IMG/VR virus record: IMGVR_UViG_3300032893_000763
Coordinates: 1-64,000 of that record
DNA from: a virus
DNA: 64,000 nt
Strand: one strand, 5' to 3'
The position numbers and the translations under genes are program-made. The notes under the pieces were generated by a model. It saw only the letters and a program-made list of their open reading frames with translations, did not search any database and was not told where the DNA came from. Below, piece after piece: positions 20,695-30,092 of this stretch (the stretch's first letter is position 1; every line of letters starts with the position of its first letter).

Positions 20695-23445
20695 GTGAGC
20701 AACGAGTACGATCTCCCGCCGATCCCCGGCGGCGGCATCTCCGGCGAGGAGGGCAACGTCCCCGGCTATACGTGGGGCGGCTCCGACGCGGGCCAGGCCG
20801 AACTCGAAGCCGCGAAGGCCGCGCTCGTCCACACGCCGCTCGGCGGCAAGCGCATCGACGGCCGTCCGCAGGCGCAAGGCTTCGCGGGCATCGGCAAGCA
20901 GGTCGAGGCCCCGGCACCGCCCGGTCAGCCCCCGACAAGCTCTCCCTTCGTGGAGAGCCATCTCATGCTTCCGCAGTCCGGCACCGACGCGGTGAACAGC
21001 GCGATCTCGACGCTCTACGACACCTACGGCGGCACGGTGCCCGCAGGCGCGGTCATCATGCTGAGCTACGTCGTCACCGACGGCAACGACGACCTCGTGG
21101 CCGACCCCGGCTACCAGGCGTTCCCTCCGCCGGAGGTCAGCCCGGTGGGCCGCTACGACCGTGCGATCCAGGACGCCTACGTCACGGGCGATCTCGGATG
21201 GGTGGACGGTCATGCCGTCGGATACGCCGCGTACAACTACACGGCGGATCAGATCGTGTACGTGGGTACAGTCTCCGTCGCCAACGAGGACGGCACCGTC
21301 ACGCTCGTGCCGGTCTACTCGACCGAGCCCGGCCTCGGCGCTTCGGGCGCGACCGGCGAGCCCATCGCAGGCCCCGGCCTGGAGTTCCCGCCTCCGGCGA
21401 CCACCGATCCGGCCACAGGCGAGAGCATCGCGGTGCAGGGCAGCCCGGTCTACGCGATGGGCACGCTCGCGGCGGACGCCCCGTACCTCTACAACGTCAT
21501 CGGGGATCTCCTCCCGAGCCAGGCGGGGCCGACCTACCCCGCGAGCGAGGCAGTCCTCATCGGTTGGATCTCCTCGTCCAACGCCGATGGCTTCACCGCA
21601 GGCACCTACTCCATGCTCGCGGCGGGCGACTCCGGCAACTACAGCTTCGGCAACTGCGCCATCGACTACGCGAACAACATCATCGCCTGGACGAAGCCGT
21701 CGCAGGCGGACGCCGTTGCTCCGTACGCCGGGTACGTCTCGATGATCTCCGTCCTCAACCCGGACGAGTCGATCACGAAAATCTACATCTTCGTCACGGA
21801 GCCGGGCATCGGCGTCGATGTGGCGGGCGACGGCACGGCGACCCCGGTGCACTACATCGACCAGGGCTTCACGGTGCATCCCGGCAACCCGATCACGGGT
21901 GCTCCGGCGACCACGACCACCGACTACTCGACGCTCACCATCAACGGGCCGGAGCCGTGGACGAACAACGTGCCCGACCCGCCCGACCCCACCAACCCGG
22001 ACAACACGCCGACGACACCTACCCCGGACAACGCCTACACGGACACCTTCACGTTCTCGTTCGATGACGGCGACAAGGTGCTGCCGTCGGCGCTGTGGTG
22101 GGCGGTCGAGTTGATCGTGGAGAAGATCCAGGGCGGCACGTCCGGTGTTCCGGGCGCGGCCCACATCGGCGTTGCGATCCCGTACATCCCCGACCCCACG
22201 GGCATCGCGGATCTCACGTGGCCGGACTTCGACCTCGCGGATGCCTGGGTCACGGATACGCCGTGGCTCTACGACAACGAGTTCATCTTCCCGACACAGG
22301 ACGACGCGAACGCCGACCCGAACGTGATGGCGACCAACTGGCCGACGGACACGAACATCGGGCCGCTCACGAGTAACCTGTGGGGCTATCTCGGCACGGT
22401 CAACAGCATCGCGTTCTTCTCGACGCTGCCGGGTGAGGCGGTCGTGCTCGACACGAGCGACCCTGCGAACCCCGTCCTGGAGCCCGACCCCAACTACACG
22501 ACCAACGACAACCAGGAGCAGGTCATCTATCAGACCGGCCTCTGGACGCCGACGGCGATCACAGGCGCAGGCGGGCCGTGGGCGGACTTCACGCTCGGGG
22601 CGCTCGCGGAGAACGGCAGCCTTCCGCACAGCACACTCGTGGTCAACCAGGGCGGCGGCTTGTTTGCCGACCTCACGCTCGACGGCTCGACCTCGAACAC
22701 CGTGCTCATCTCCCGGTGGGATACGAACGACGATCCGGGCGATGCGGTCATCGCAGACATCGGGGCCACCCCCAACGCCTTCGTGTGGACGCTCACCGAT
22801 GAGATCACGGCATCGGAGGCGGACACCTTCACGTTCTCGGACTGGCACAAGGTCTACTGGATTCCTGACGATCCGAACACGCCGGACGGCTCGGGCACGC
22901 TTTCCGCGTCGGGCACGAGCGATCAGTGGGTCGGCATGTCCGCCATCTTCACGGCGTCGGGCTCGAACGGCGACTCGACCCTCGGAGACAACCTGTTCCT
23001 GACGCACGCCGACCCGAACGCGAACCTTCCGTCGAACTGGACGTACGACCCGAGCACGGCGATGAGCGATCCGGGCAACGGCAAGATCCGCTTCTCCATC
23101 GCGGAGGACGCTCTCGCTGACAACGCCAACAACCTCGTGACGATTCAGATTGCGATTTCGGTGCACGACGTGGACGGCAACGATCAGACGGCGAACCTGC
23201 TCGGGAACATCAACTACGGCGAGACAGACCCCGGGCACGGCGAGGGCATGTCCGGCAACGATGGGATATGGGCGTGGGGGCCGGTGCACGGCACGAACGA
23301 CACGTCCGGTGTCGGCGTGACCTCGACCTACGTCTACGAGGATCACGGCTCGTGGCTCCTGTTCCAGATGGCCGACTACAGTCTTGCGGGCAGCATCGAC
23401 CACTCAGCGGGCGGCGTCGAAGTCGTAGCGGTGCCGGGAGCGTAG
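20695..23445 (+). CDS. Large, very acidic probable virion or surface protein (~916 aa)
   Basis: D/T/G/P-rich and K/R-poor. Leaderless TAGACT-N7-GTG start. Confidence 0.7.
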   Translation: MSNEYDLPPIPGGGISGEEGNVPGYTWGGSDAGQAELEAAKAALVHTPLGGKRIDGRPQAQGFAGIGKQVEAPAPPGQPPTSSPFVESHLMLPQSGTDAVNSAISTLYDTYGGTVPAGAVIMLSYVVTDGNDDLVADPGYQAFPPPEVSPVGRYDRAIQDAYVTGDLGWVDGHAVGYAAYNYTADQIVYVGTVSVANEDGTVTLVPVYSTEPGLGASGATGEPIAGPGLEFPPPATTDPATGESIAVQGSPVYAMGTLAADAPYLYNVIGDLLPSQAGPTYPASEAVLIGWISSSNADGFTAGTYSMLAAGDSGNYSFGNCAIDYANNIIAWTKPSQADAVAPYAGYVSMISVLNPDESITKIYIFVTEPGIGVDVAGDGTATPVHYIDQGFTVHPGNPITGAPATTTTDYSTLTINGPEPWTNNVPDPPDPTNPDNTPTTPTPDNAYTDTFTFSFDDGDKVLPSALWWAVELIVEKIQGGTSGVPGAAHIGVAIPYIPDPTGIADLTWPDFDLADAWVTDTPWLYDNEFIFPTQDDANADPNVMATNWPTDTNIGPLTSNLWGYLGTVNSIAFFSTLPGEAVVLDTSDPANPVLEPDPNYTTNDNQEQVIYQTGLWTPTAITGAGGPWADFTLGALAENGSLPHSTLVVNQGGGLFADLTLDGSTSNTVLISRWDTNDDPGDAVIADIGATPNAFVWTLTDEITASEADTFTFSDWHKVYWIPDDPNTPDGSGTLSASGTSDQWVGMSAIFTASGSNGDSTLGDNLFLTHADPNANLPSNWTYDPSTAMSDPGNGKIRFSIAEDALADNANNLVTIQIAISVHDVDGNDQTANLLGNINYGETDPGHGEGMSGNDGIWAWGPVHGTNDTSGVGVTSTYVYEDHGSWLLFQMADYSLAGSIDHSAGGVEVVAVPGA

Positions 23446-23448
23446 ATC

Positions 23449-24390
23449 ATGGCCTTCGCGGATCGCAGACAGACGGGCCACATCGGCAACCCGAAGCGCA
23501 CGCTCACGTCGCGCAGCGCAGGCTCGGTGCCGGAGCGGTGGACGCTCGCCAACGCGGCGATGAAGCTCACCGCGCTCGGCAACAACTACTACGGCGACTG
23601 TGTGGTGGCCGCGTGGCTCCATCAGGCGCAGGCGCAGGCGTTCTACACCTACGGCGTCCACTACGATCCGGCCTCGCTGCCTGCGGGCCTCGATCAGCAC
23701 GGGCCGCGCAGCTTCACGGTCACCGGCTCCGGCGGCGCACACGTTCCGCTCCAGTCGGACATCTCCTCGTGGATCTCTCAGTACAGCCTCGGCGGCGAGG
23801 GCGACACAATCGTCACGTGGTGGGCGGCGAACTTCCCGAACATCATCAACACGCAGTGGAGCCCGGCCTACGCCGACGCCATGCGGATCTACCGGAACAC
23901 CCCGAACTACAAGATCGGGCCGAAGGAGGGCCGCTTCAACTCGGACGTGGCCTCGTACATCTCGACCAACGGCATCGGCACGCAGGGCTACCACCGGATC
24001 TACGCCGACGCCATCTCGACCACCCCGGATTCGGTCAAGCAGGCCATCTACTTCCTCGGCGGCGCGGTCATGGCGCTCAACCTGCCGGACTCGATCACGA
24101 AGCAGCGGTCGTGGCGGCTCGTCTCCGGCGCAGACGCCAAGCCGGGCGGCTTCGGCTCCCACGACGTGTACGCCATCGGCTACAGCCCGCAGGCGCTCTA
24201 CGTCGTCTCGTGGGGCAAGGTCATCCCGATCACGTGGGCGTTCTACTCGAAGTACATCGAGCAGGTGTGGGGCGCGGCCTCGATTGATTGGGTGAACTCG
24301 GTCACAGGTCAGACCCCCATCGGGGACACGTGGGCGCAGTTGCAGGCCCGCTTCAACGGCCAGTTCACCCACGTAGCGCAGGCGAGCTAA
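23449..24390 (+). CDS. Papain-like (C1-related) cysteine peptidase
   Basis: LGNNYYGDCVVA...SHDVYAIGY...VVSWG. Confidence 0.65.
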   Translation: MAFADRRQTGHIGNPKRTLTSRSAGSVPERWTLANAAMKLTALGNNYYGDCVVAAWLHQAQAQAFYTYGVHYDPASLPAGLDQHGPRSFTVTGSGGAHVPLQSDISSWISQYSLGGEGDTIVTWWAANFPNIINTQWSPAYADAMRIYRNTPNYKIGPKEGRFNSDVASYISTNGIGTQGYHRIYADAISTTPDSVKQAIYFLGGAVMALNLPDSITKQRSWRLVSGADAKPGGFGSHDVYAIGYSPQALYVVSWGKVIPITWAFYSKYIEQVWGAASIDWVNSVTGQTPIGDTWAQLQARFNGQFTHVAQAS

Positions 24391-24513
24391 ATGAGCGCCG
24401 ACCTCGACCTCGGAGGCGCTCTCTCGAACGCGTCGGGCCTCGGCTCGGGCTTCGCAGGCGGTTCGTGGACGACCTCGGCGCTCGAACTCGGCTAGTCCTG
24501 CTACACTCCTCGG

Positions 24514-24626
24514 GTCAGGGCGCGCGGCCCCTTTATCCGGGGGCCATCGACGCGGAGAGGGATCTCCGTAGGGCGAGGCTGGATTGTCCGAGGACGCTCG
24601 GGCCGAGGCTTGACTGAGCACCTGAC
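24514..24626 (+). ncRNA. Candidate multibranch ncRNA (~115 nt)
   Basis: TACACT at 24502-24507. GTCAGG/CCTGAC closing stem around three hairpins, one capped by GGGA. Terminator follows. Confidence 0.5.
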
Positions 24627-24631
24627 ACCGG

Positions 24632-24664
24632 AGGCCGGGCCTAGTGCGGCCCGGCCTTTCCTTT
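24632..24664 (+). terminator. Intrinsic terminator
   Basis: AGGCCGGGCC-loop-GGCCCGGCCT followed by TTCCTTT. Confidence 0.75.
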
Positions 24665-24788
24665 CCAACTTGCAAGCTCGCGCGGCCGGTGCTACTGTGC
24701 GTTCGCAGCCCGCCGGTCACGGGTTGCATCGGGTGAAGGCAGCGCGGGCTCTCTGTCCAGGGGGAGCCCGCTGCGCCTTCTTCTGATG

Positions 24789-24802
24789 CGAACGGGTGTT
24801 CG
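24789..24802. promoter_or_regulatory. LexA box CGAAC-GGGT-GTTCG beside the terS -10 (TAGACT 24808-24813)
   Basis: Perfect match to CGAACRNRYGTTCG. Confidence 0.7.
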
Positions 24803-24819
24803 CCTGCTAGACTCTGGAC

Positions 24820-25308
24820 ATGCCTCCGGCGAACACACGCCACGTCAAGGGCAGCCCCCTCACGCCGCACGTCAAGACGCGGGTGGCCGAGTTGATCGGC
24901 ATGGGGCTCTCGCATGTCGAAGCGGGCGGCGCTTGCAACGTCTCCGAGAAGTCCGTCGAGCGGATCTTGGTGGAGCCCGAGTACCGCAAGCTCGCGGACG
25001 ACATCAAGCAGCGGCACCGCACGTCGATGGGCGTCGAGGCGGCGCAGGCTGTGCGCGATCTCCTCACGGCGGTGGACAAGGACGGCAACCCCGACCTCGC
25101 CAAGCGGGCCAAGGGCGCGGAGTTGTACGCACGCAACCCCGAGAGGCTCGACGCTGTGGACGACGACGACGACGACACCGGGATGCTGCCGGGCGTAGTC
25201 TTACGCTTCCCGCACCCGAGCATCCCCGACGAAGCCGCGCCGGTCATCTTCACCGAGGACGATCTCGTCTCCGCCGAGGTCACGCTCACCTTCCGCACCG
25301 AGGGCTAA
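24820..25308 (+). CDS. terS: Terminase small subunit (HTH)
   Basis: N-terminal HTH, coupled to terL. Confidence 0.65.
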   Translation: MPPANTRHVKGSPLTPHVKTRVAELIGMGLSHVEAGGACNVSEKSVERILVEPEYRKLADDIKQRHRTSMGVEAAQAVRDLLTAVDKDGNPDLAKRAKGAELYARNPERLDAVDDDDDDTGMLPGVVLRFPHPSIPDEAAPVIFTEDDLVSAEVTLTFRTEG

Positions 25309-27047
25309 TGCTCGCGCACCTGTACGTGCGGTACGACGGGCTCGTGCTCGGCGCTTACGAGGGGCTTCCGCAGTCCCGCATCCACATCGCCTGGACGGAC
25401 GAGCAGGCGTACGAGTGGTGGGTTGATCTCGACCACGCGAGGCTGCCGGACGATCCGACCGAGGGACACGCGATCTCGGACGCCGGGCTCCGCACCCTCG
25501 CAGGCTCGTGCAGGCCCGGCGACATGGGCGAGGCCGAGGCGATGATGCGGCCGGGCGACGAGGACGGCGTGGAGCCCCCGCTCGGCTACAAGCTCGGGGA
25601 GAAGGGCCTGCGCTTCATCCGGTGCGCACACCCCGTCTACGGCTTCCGCGAGTTTCTCCGGGTGTGGCACTTCCTCGACCAAGACAACGGCAAGATCAAG
25701 CTGCTCGGGGAGAACCTCTGGCGGGGCCAGGAGCACTTCGTGCTCATGTGCCGGGAGAGCGACTGGATCTACTTCCTCAAGGCCCGTCAGCTTGGCGAGA
25801 CGACCATCGCCATCGCCTACGACGGGTGGGTCATGCGCTTCCGCACCGTGAACGCTCGCGTGCATCTCGTGGCTCGTACCGGCGACGACTCCAAGAACGA
25901 CCTCCTCAAGCCGCTCAAGGCAGGGCTCAAGGCGCTGCCGGAGGAGATGCTGCTCCCGGAGTTCGAGGACACGGCGCTCGCGTACACGCTCGACGGCGGC
26001 GAGGGCGACCGGCGCACAGCGCACGCCTACGCAGCGAAGGAGCCGGGGCGCGGCAAGACGTGCTCGCACCTGCATCTTGAGGAGTGGGCCGCGATGATGA
26101 AGACCTCGCCCGAGCTTCCGAAGAACGTGTGGGCCGCTGCCGAGCCGACCATCTCGAAGCACGGCGGCACGTGCCACATCCTCACGACCGGCGTCGGCCC
26201 CAACGGCTTCTACGCGGACACCTGGCGCAACTGCGAGGCTGGCACCGGCCAGTTGCTCGCGGCGTTCATCGGCGCGAAGGGCTCACGGCCCGAGTACACC
26301 GAGGAGTTCCTCGCCAAGAAGCGGGCTGAGCTTGCCGACGACGCCCGGTTCCGTCACGAGTACCCCGAGACATCCAAGGATGCGCTCGCGGGCGCGGGCG
26401 ACACGTTCTTCACGAGCTACGAGATCGACCACGCGAGCGAGTACGCTCGCGGGCTCGCGCAGCTTGGCTGCCCGCGCGAGAAGGGCGTGGCGATGTACCT
26501 CGACAAGCGCACCGGGCGGCTGCGCAAGCGCAAGTACGTCAAGGCGTGGGACATCGCAGGCCCGAAAGACGCGGCGACGAAGGGCCGCAAGCCGGATAAG
26601 GTCGTGGGCACCGTGCTCGACGTGACCGAGGAAGTGTGGGACGTGGTGGAGCAGGTTGTCTTCCAGGGCGAGGGCTACCCCATCACGGCCAAGCGGATCG
26701 AGTGGCTGGACGAGAAGTACACCGGACTCAACGTGATCGAGGACAACTCCGCAGGCGCGGCGGTACGCTCGTTCGTTCAGATCCCCGAGGAGCGGCTCAT
26801 CGGCTTCACGACCACCAATCAGTCCAAGCCCAAGATCATCAGCGAGTTGAAGTTCGGCGTCTCGGCGGGCACGATCAAGTGGAACGCCGACGAGTGCGCC
26901 GAACTCGACGCCGAGATGCGCTACTACAAGCTGGCGGACGAGGGCATCGCGCAGGACTGCGTGATGTCCCTCGCCATCGCCGTCCATCACGGCACCGAGG
27001 CAGCGGCCGAGAGCGGTGGCCGCGTGCTCGGCGTCGTACGGGTCTAG
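25308..27047 (+). CDS. terL: Terminase large subunit
   Basis: LKARQLGETT Walker A, LHLEE Walker B, AWDIA...D...DCVMSLAIA nuclease domain. ATG at 25308. Confidence 0.9.
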   Translation: MLAHLYVRYDGLVLGAYEGLPQSRIHIAWTDEQAYEWWVDLDHARLPDDPTEGHAISDAGLRTLAGSCRPGDMGEAEAMMRPGDEDGVEPPLGYKLGEKGLRFIRCAHPVYGFREFLRVWHFLDQDNGKIKLLGENLWRGQEHFVLMCRESDWIYFLKARQLGETTIAIAYDGWVMRFRTVNARVHLVARTGDDSKNDLLKPLKAGLKALPEEMLLPEFEDTALAYTLDGGEGDRRTAHAYAAKEPGRGKTCSHLHLEEWAAMMKTSPELPKNVWAAAEPTISKHGGTCHILTTGVGPNGFYADTWRNCEAGTGQLLAAFIGAKGSRPEYTEEFLAKKRAELADDARFRHEYPETSKDALAGAGDTFFTSYEIDHASEYARGLAQLGCPREKGVAMYLDKRTGRLRKRKYVKAWDIAGPKDAATKGRKPDKVVGTVLDVTEEVWDVVEQVVFQGEGYPITAKRIEWLDEKYTGLNVIEDNSAGAAVRSFVQIPEERLIGFTTTNQSKPKIISELKFGVSAGTIKWNADECAELDAEMRYYKLADEGIAQDCVMSLAIAVHHGTEAAAESGGRVLGVVRV

Positions 27048-27304
27048 TACACCCGCACCTGCAAGCGCCGGGCTCCCCACTGCCGGGCTCTCCAGCACGA
27101 GGACATCCACAGGTCGATGTGGAGCCCCTTCACGGCGGAGCCGGTGTCGAGGGCCGTCCCACGGCCGTAGCCGGGGATGCGTAGGTGCGAGCGCATGGGC
27201 ACGACACGCGGATCGACCGCGACCGTGCCGTGCTTCACGTGCGTACCGAGGGCCGTCGTGCCTGCGAGGCAGTAGGCCGTCACGAGCATTGTGAGTGTGT
27301 GCAT
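27044..27304 (-). CDS. Stand-alone 3D-domain (MltA-like) cell-wall protein
   Basis: VTAYC...VAVDP...ALDTG...IDLW. Leaderless TTGACG-N18-TAGCAT promoter. Confidence 0.8.
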   Translation of the reverse strand: MHTLTMLVTAYCLAGTTALGTHVKHGTVAVDPRVVPMRSHLRIPGYGRGTALDTGSAVKGLHIDLWMSSCWRARQWGARRLQVRVY

Positions 27305-27365
27305 CGGGCCATGCTAACGGACATACCAACTTTCCGTCAAGAGGGTTCCTGCTAGACTCTCAGGC

Positions 27366-27857
27366 ATGAGCCTCCGCCTCCCCGCCCACCTGAGTACGAA
27401 GGGCGCGGAGTTCATCGGTGCGTTCGAGGGGTACCGGCAGTTCCCCTACAACGACGCGGTGAACAACGCGACCATCGGGTACGGGCACCTGCTCCACATC
27501 GGGCCGGTCACGGCGGCGGATAGGGCAAAGTACCCGAACGGGCTCTCGCGTGCGCAGGCTCTCAAGCTGCTCCAGGCAGACGCGGAGCACTGCGCAGCGT
27601 ACATCCGTACGATCACGCCCCGGATCAAGAACCAGGCCCGCTTCGACGCTCTCGTGAGCATCGCGTTCAACTGCGGCACGGGCGTCCTCTACCCCAACTC
27701 GACGCTCGGCTACGACCTGCGGCGTCCGGGGCGCGAGGGCGCGGCCGAAGCCTTCCTGCTCTATTGCCACGCCGGGGGCCAGGTGCTCCCCGGCCTCCTG
27801 CGCCGTCGGCAGGCCGAGAAGCGCATGTGGCTCTCGGGCGACTACTCCACCACGTAG
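27366..27857 (+). CDS. Endolysin, GH24 phage lysozyme
   Basis: FEG...YND...TIGYGH...FDALVS.AFN.G...GLLRRRQAE. Confidence 0.9.
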   Translation: MSLRLPAHLSTKGAEFIGAFEGYRQFPYNDAVNNATIGYGHLLHIGPVTAADRAKYPNGLSRAQALKLLQADAEHCAAYIRTITPRIKNQARFDALVSIAFNCGTGVLYPNSTLGYDLRRPGREGAAEAFLLYCHAGGQVLPGLLRRRQAEKRMWLSGDYSTT

Positions 27858-27860
27858 GCC

Positions 27861-28130
27861 ATGCTCGCGGCCATGTGCCACTTCCCGCACCTGGCGTGGT
27901 GGGCGCAGTACCTCCACCCCGGTCAGCTTCGCACGCCGTGCGGCGGCTATTGGGCGTGGTCGGGCATCCTCTCCGACATCGGGGAGATCACGCTGCTCGG
28001 CTGCGTCATCGCGGCGTACCGGCACAAGAACTGCTACGTCAAGGGGTGCCCGTGGCTCGGCCACATCGACCCCGAGCACCACCACCCCGCCTGCCGCAAG
28101 CACCACTCGCACCGGCACAAGTTGTCCTGA
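27861..28130 (+). CDS. Small membrane protein with His/Cys-rich tail (holin-like position)
   Basis: One hydrophobic segment, immediately after the lysin. Confidence 0.45.
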   Translation: MLAAMCHFPHLAWWAQYLHPGQLRTPCGGYWAWSGILSDIGEITLLGCVIAAYRHKNCYVKGCPWLGHIDPEHHHPACRKHHSHRHKLS

Positions 28131-28189
28131 AAACCGGACATCGAAGGCGGCGGCGGGTGCCCCCGCCTGGATTGTCCTGAAAACCGGAC
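28122..28189. repeat. 18-bp direct repeat TTGTCCTGAAAACCGGAC x2 (tandem operator-like)
   Basis: Copies at 28122-28139 and 28172-28189, each GTCC-N8-GGAC. Confidence 0.7.
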
Positions 28190-28677
28190 GCTGGACGGCT
28201 AGCTCCGCGCCTGCTAAGGTGCGGCTCGTGGCATACTTCAAGTTGGAACTCACAGGAGAGTCGGAGTCTCTCGACCGGATCGCCTCAGCGGCGCTCAGCG
28301 AGGCGGCGGAGATCCTGCGTGAGCAGGACGGCGACGAGCTTCGGGCGGGCATCGACGCGACCACGCTCTACTTCCGACCGCTCGCCCGCTTCAAGGGTGA
28401 GTTCACCTGGACGCCGGACGCCCCGCTGTGACGTACGACGCACGCCCCGGCGACCCGAAGGAGTGGCACATCCGCGACCTGGAGACGGGGTGGTTCGAGG
28501 TCAGCTACCGCGAGCCGCTCGACAACGGGCGCATGTCCACGAGGCTCGTCATCGCCAAGGTGTACTCGCTCGGGCGGGCGGAGATCGTCCGGGACGCCCT
28601 CATCGCCGCGTACGGCGGCAAGGTCTACGAGGCCCCGCGCAAGTCCGTGGGCGCACTCCGGCTCGTGGCGGATCTCG

Positions 28678-29472
28678 ATGCGTGAGATCACGCTCAAGAA
28701 CGGCCTGCGCTTCTGGACGCGGCCCGGCACGTCCGACCACAACTCCGCCATCGCGTGCGCACAGGAGGACGAGTACGGGCTCCAGGGCTACGGGCTCAAG
28801 GGCAAGCTCGTCTTCGACATCGGGGCGCACATCGGCGGCGTGGCGATCCTGGCGACCTACCTCGGTGCGTACGCCGTGGCCGTCGAGCCGGTGCCCGAGA
28901 ACGTCGAGATCATCCGCGCGAACGCGATGCTCAACGGCTTCGGAGTCCAGGTGCTCGCCGGGGCCGTCGGCACCGACATGATCTCCTACGGCTGGACGGG
29001 CGAGGGCCTGTGGGGCGAGGAGACGGGCGCGGTGCACTCGTTCATCGGGAACACCGGGCTCGGCCTGGAGCGCGAGGGCTACGTCCCGAGCAGGACGCTC
29101 GCAGTCAAGCGGTACACGCTCGAAGACATCGCGCGGCTCGTCGGCGTGACTCCCTACCTCGTCAAGCTCGACTGCGAGGGCGGCGAGTGGTCGGCGCTGG
29201 CCGAGCCCATCGCCAAGGAGATTCCCGTCCTCGTGGGCGAGTATCACGGGTGGGACGGAGCCTCCGTCGGCGCGGAGGAGTTCTTCGGCGCGACCGAGCG
29301 CATCCTCGACCTCATCGGGGACACGCACGAGGTCAACTTCCCGGACGATCAGGTCGGCAACGCGGCCGGGCACTTCGTCGCGCTAAGCGTTAGCGCGAGA
29401 AGTGCCTCGTCGCGGCGTGCTGCGCGACTGCCAGGCCGGTGTACCGGCGACCGTCCTCCGGGCCACCGATGA
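28678..29472 (+). CDS. FkbM-family SAM-dependent methyltransferase (true stop may be near 29393)
   Basis: VFDIGAHIG...AVEPVPEN...LVKLDCEGGEW...GEYH. Confidence 0.85.
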   Translation: MREITLKNGLRFWTRPGTSDHNSAIACAQEDEYGLQGYGLKGKLVFDIGAHIGGVAILATYLGAYAVAVEPVPENVEIIRANAMLNGFGVQVLAGAVGTDMISYGWTGEGLWGEETGAVHSFIGNTGLGLEREGYVPSRTLAVKRYTLEDIARLVGVTPYLVKLDCEGGEWSALAEPIAKEIPVLVGEYHGWDGASVGAEEFFGATERILDLIGDTHEVNFPDDQVGNAAGHFVALSVSARSASSRRAARLPGRCTGDRPPGHR

Positions 29473-29610
29473 TCTCCCACGCCCAAGCGTTGCAGCGGTA
29501 GATGACCTCGATGCCGGAGATGTGCTGGTAGTGCTTCCGAGCGATGCGCTCCCACACGCCAGTGGTGACGGGGGAGAGGCGTCCGTAGCGGTCAGTGTTC
29601 ACGGTGGCTC

Positions 29611-29772
29611 CTAGAAGATGTGGACGTTGGTGGTGATCCAGGTGACGGCGGCGACGACATCCGCGACGTGGCCGTGGCCGAAGCCCGGCGTCGGCGTGGT
29701 GATCGTCTCCAAGACTGCCTCGGCGCACGCGGTGAGGGCGGCTGCGAGGGAGAGGAGGAGTGCCTTGGTCAT
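29611..29772 (-). CDS. 53-aa secreted or lipoprotein-like peptide
   Basis: MTKALLLSLAAALTAC contains a lipobox-like LTAC. First gene of a tripartite-promoter cassette. Confidence 0.5.
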   Translation of the reverse strand: MTKALLLSLAAALTACAEAVLETITTPTPGFGHGHVADVVAAVTWITTNVHIF

Positions 29773-29822
29773 GTCCTAAGTATCGGCCTCCCAGGGTAAG
29801 AGGGCATCCCTCGGAAGGGTGA
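29770..29822 (-). promoter_or_regulatory. Tripartite leaderless promoter, copy 4
   Basis: TCACCC-TTCC-GAGGGA, 19 nt, GCCGATACT, ATG at 29772. Confidence 0.8.
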
Positions 29823-29876
29823 AATGCTACTCTTGATGGGTCACAACTTGGACTGAGGAAGGGAGGGACAAACTAC

Positions 29877-30092
29877 ATGGCGAAGGCGAAGAAGACGCAG
29901 GCGGAGATCGTGCTCACGACCCTGGCTCGTCGCAAGACGGGCTTCACGGACGCGGAGTTGATCGAGGCCACCGGGATCACGTTCGCGGACACGATCCGCT
30001 CGACGCTCAAGCGTGCGGGCAAGGTCGTCGCGGTCGGCACCAAGACCGACAAGACGACGGGCCGCACCGTCAAGACGTGGGGCGTGGCGTAG
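29877..30092 (+). CDS. Small basic winged-helix-like DNA-binding protein
   Basis: GFTDAELIEA...RSTLKRAGKV...TTGRTVKTW. Confidence 0.5.
   Translation: MAKAKKTQAEIVLTTLARRKTGFTDAELIEATGITFADTIRSTLKRAGKVVAVGTKTDKTTGRTVKTWGVA

Noticed and set aside
19555-23403. 1282-aa minus-strand ORF
   Set aside because: Antisense shadow of the 20695-23445 gene.
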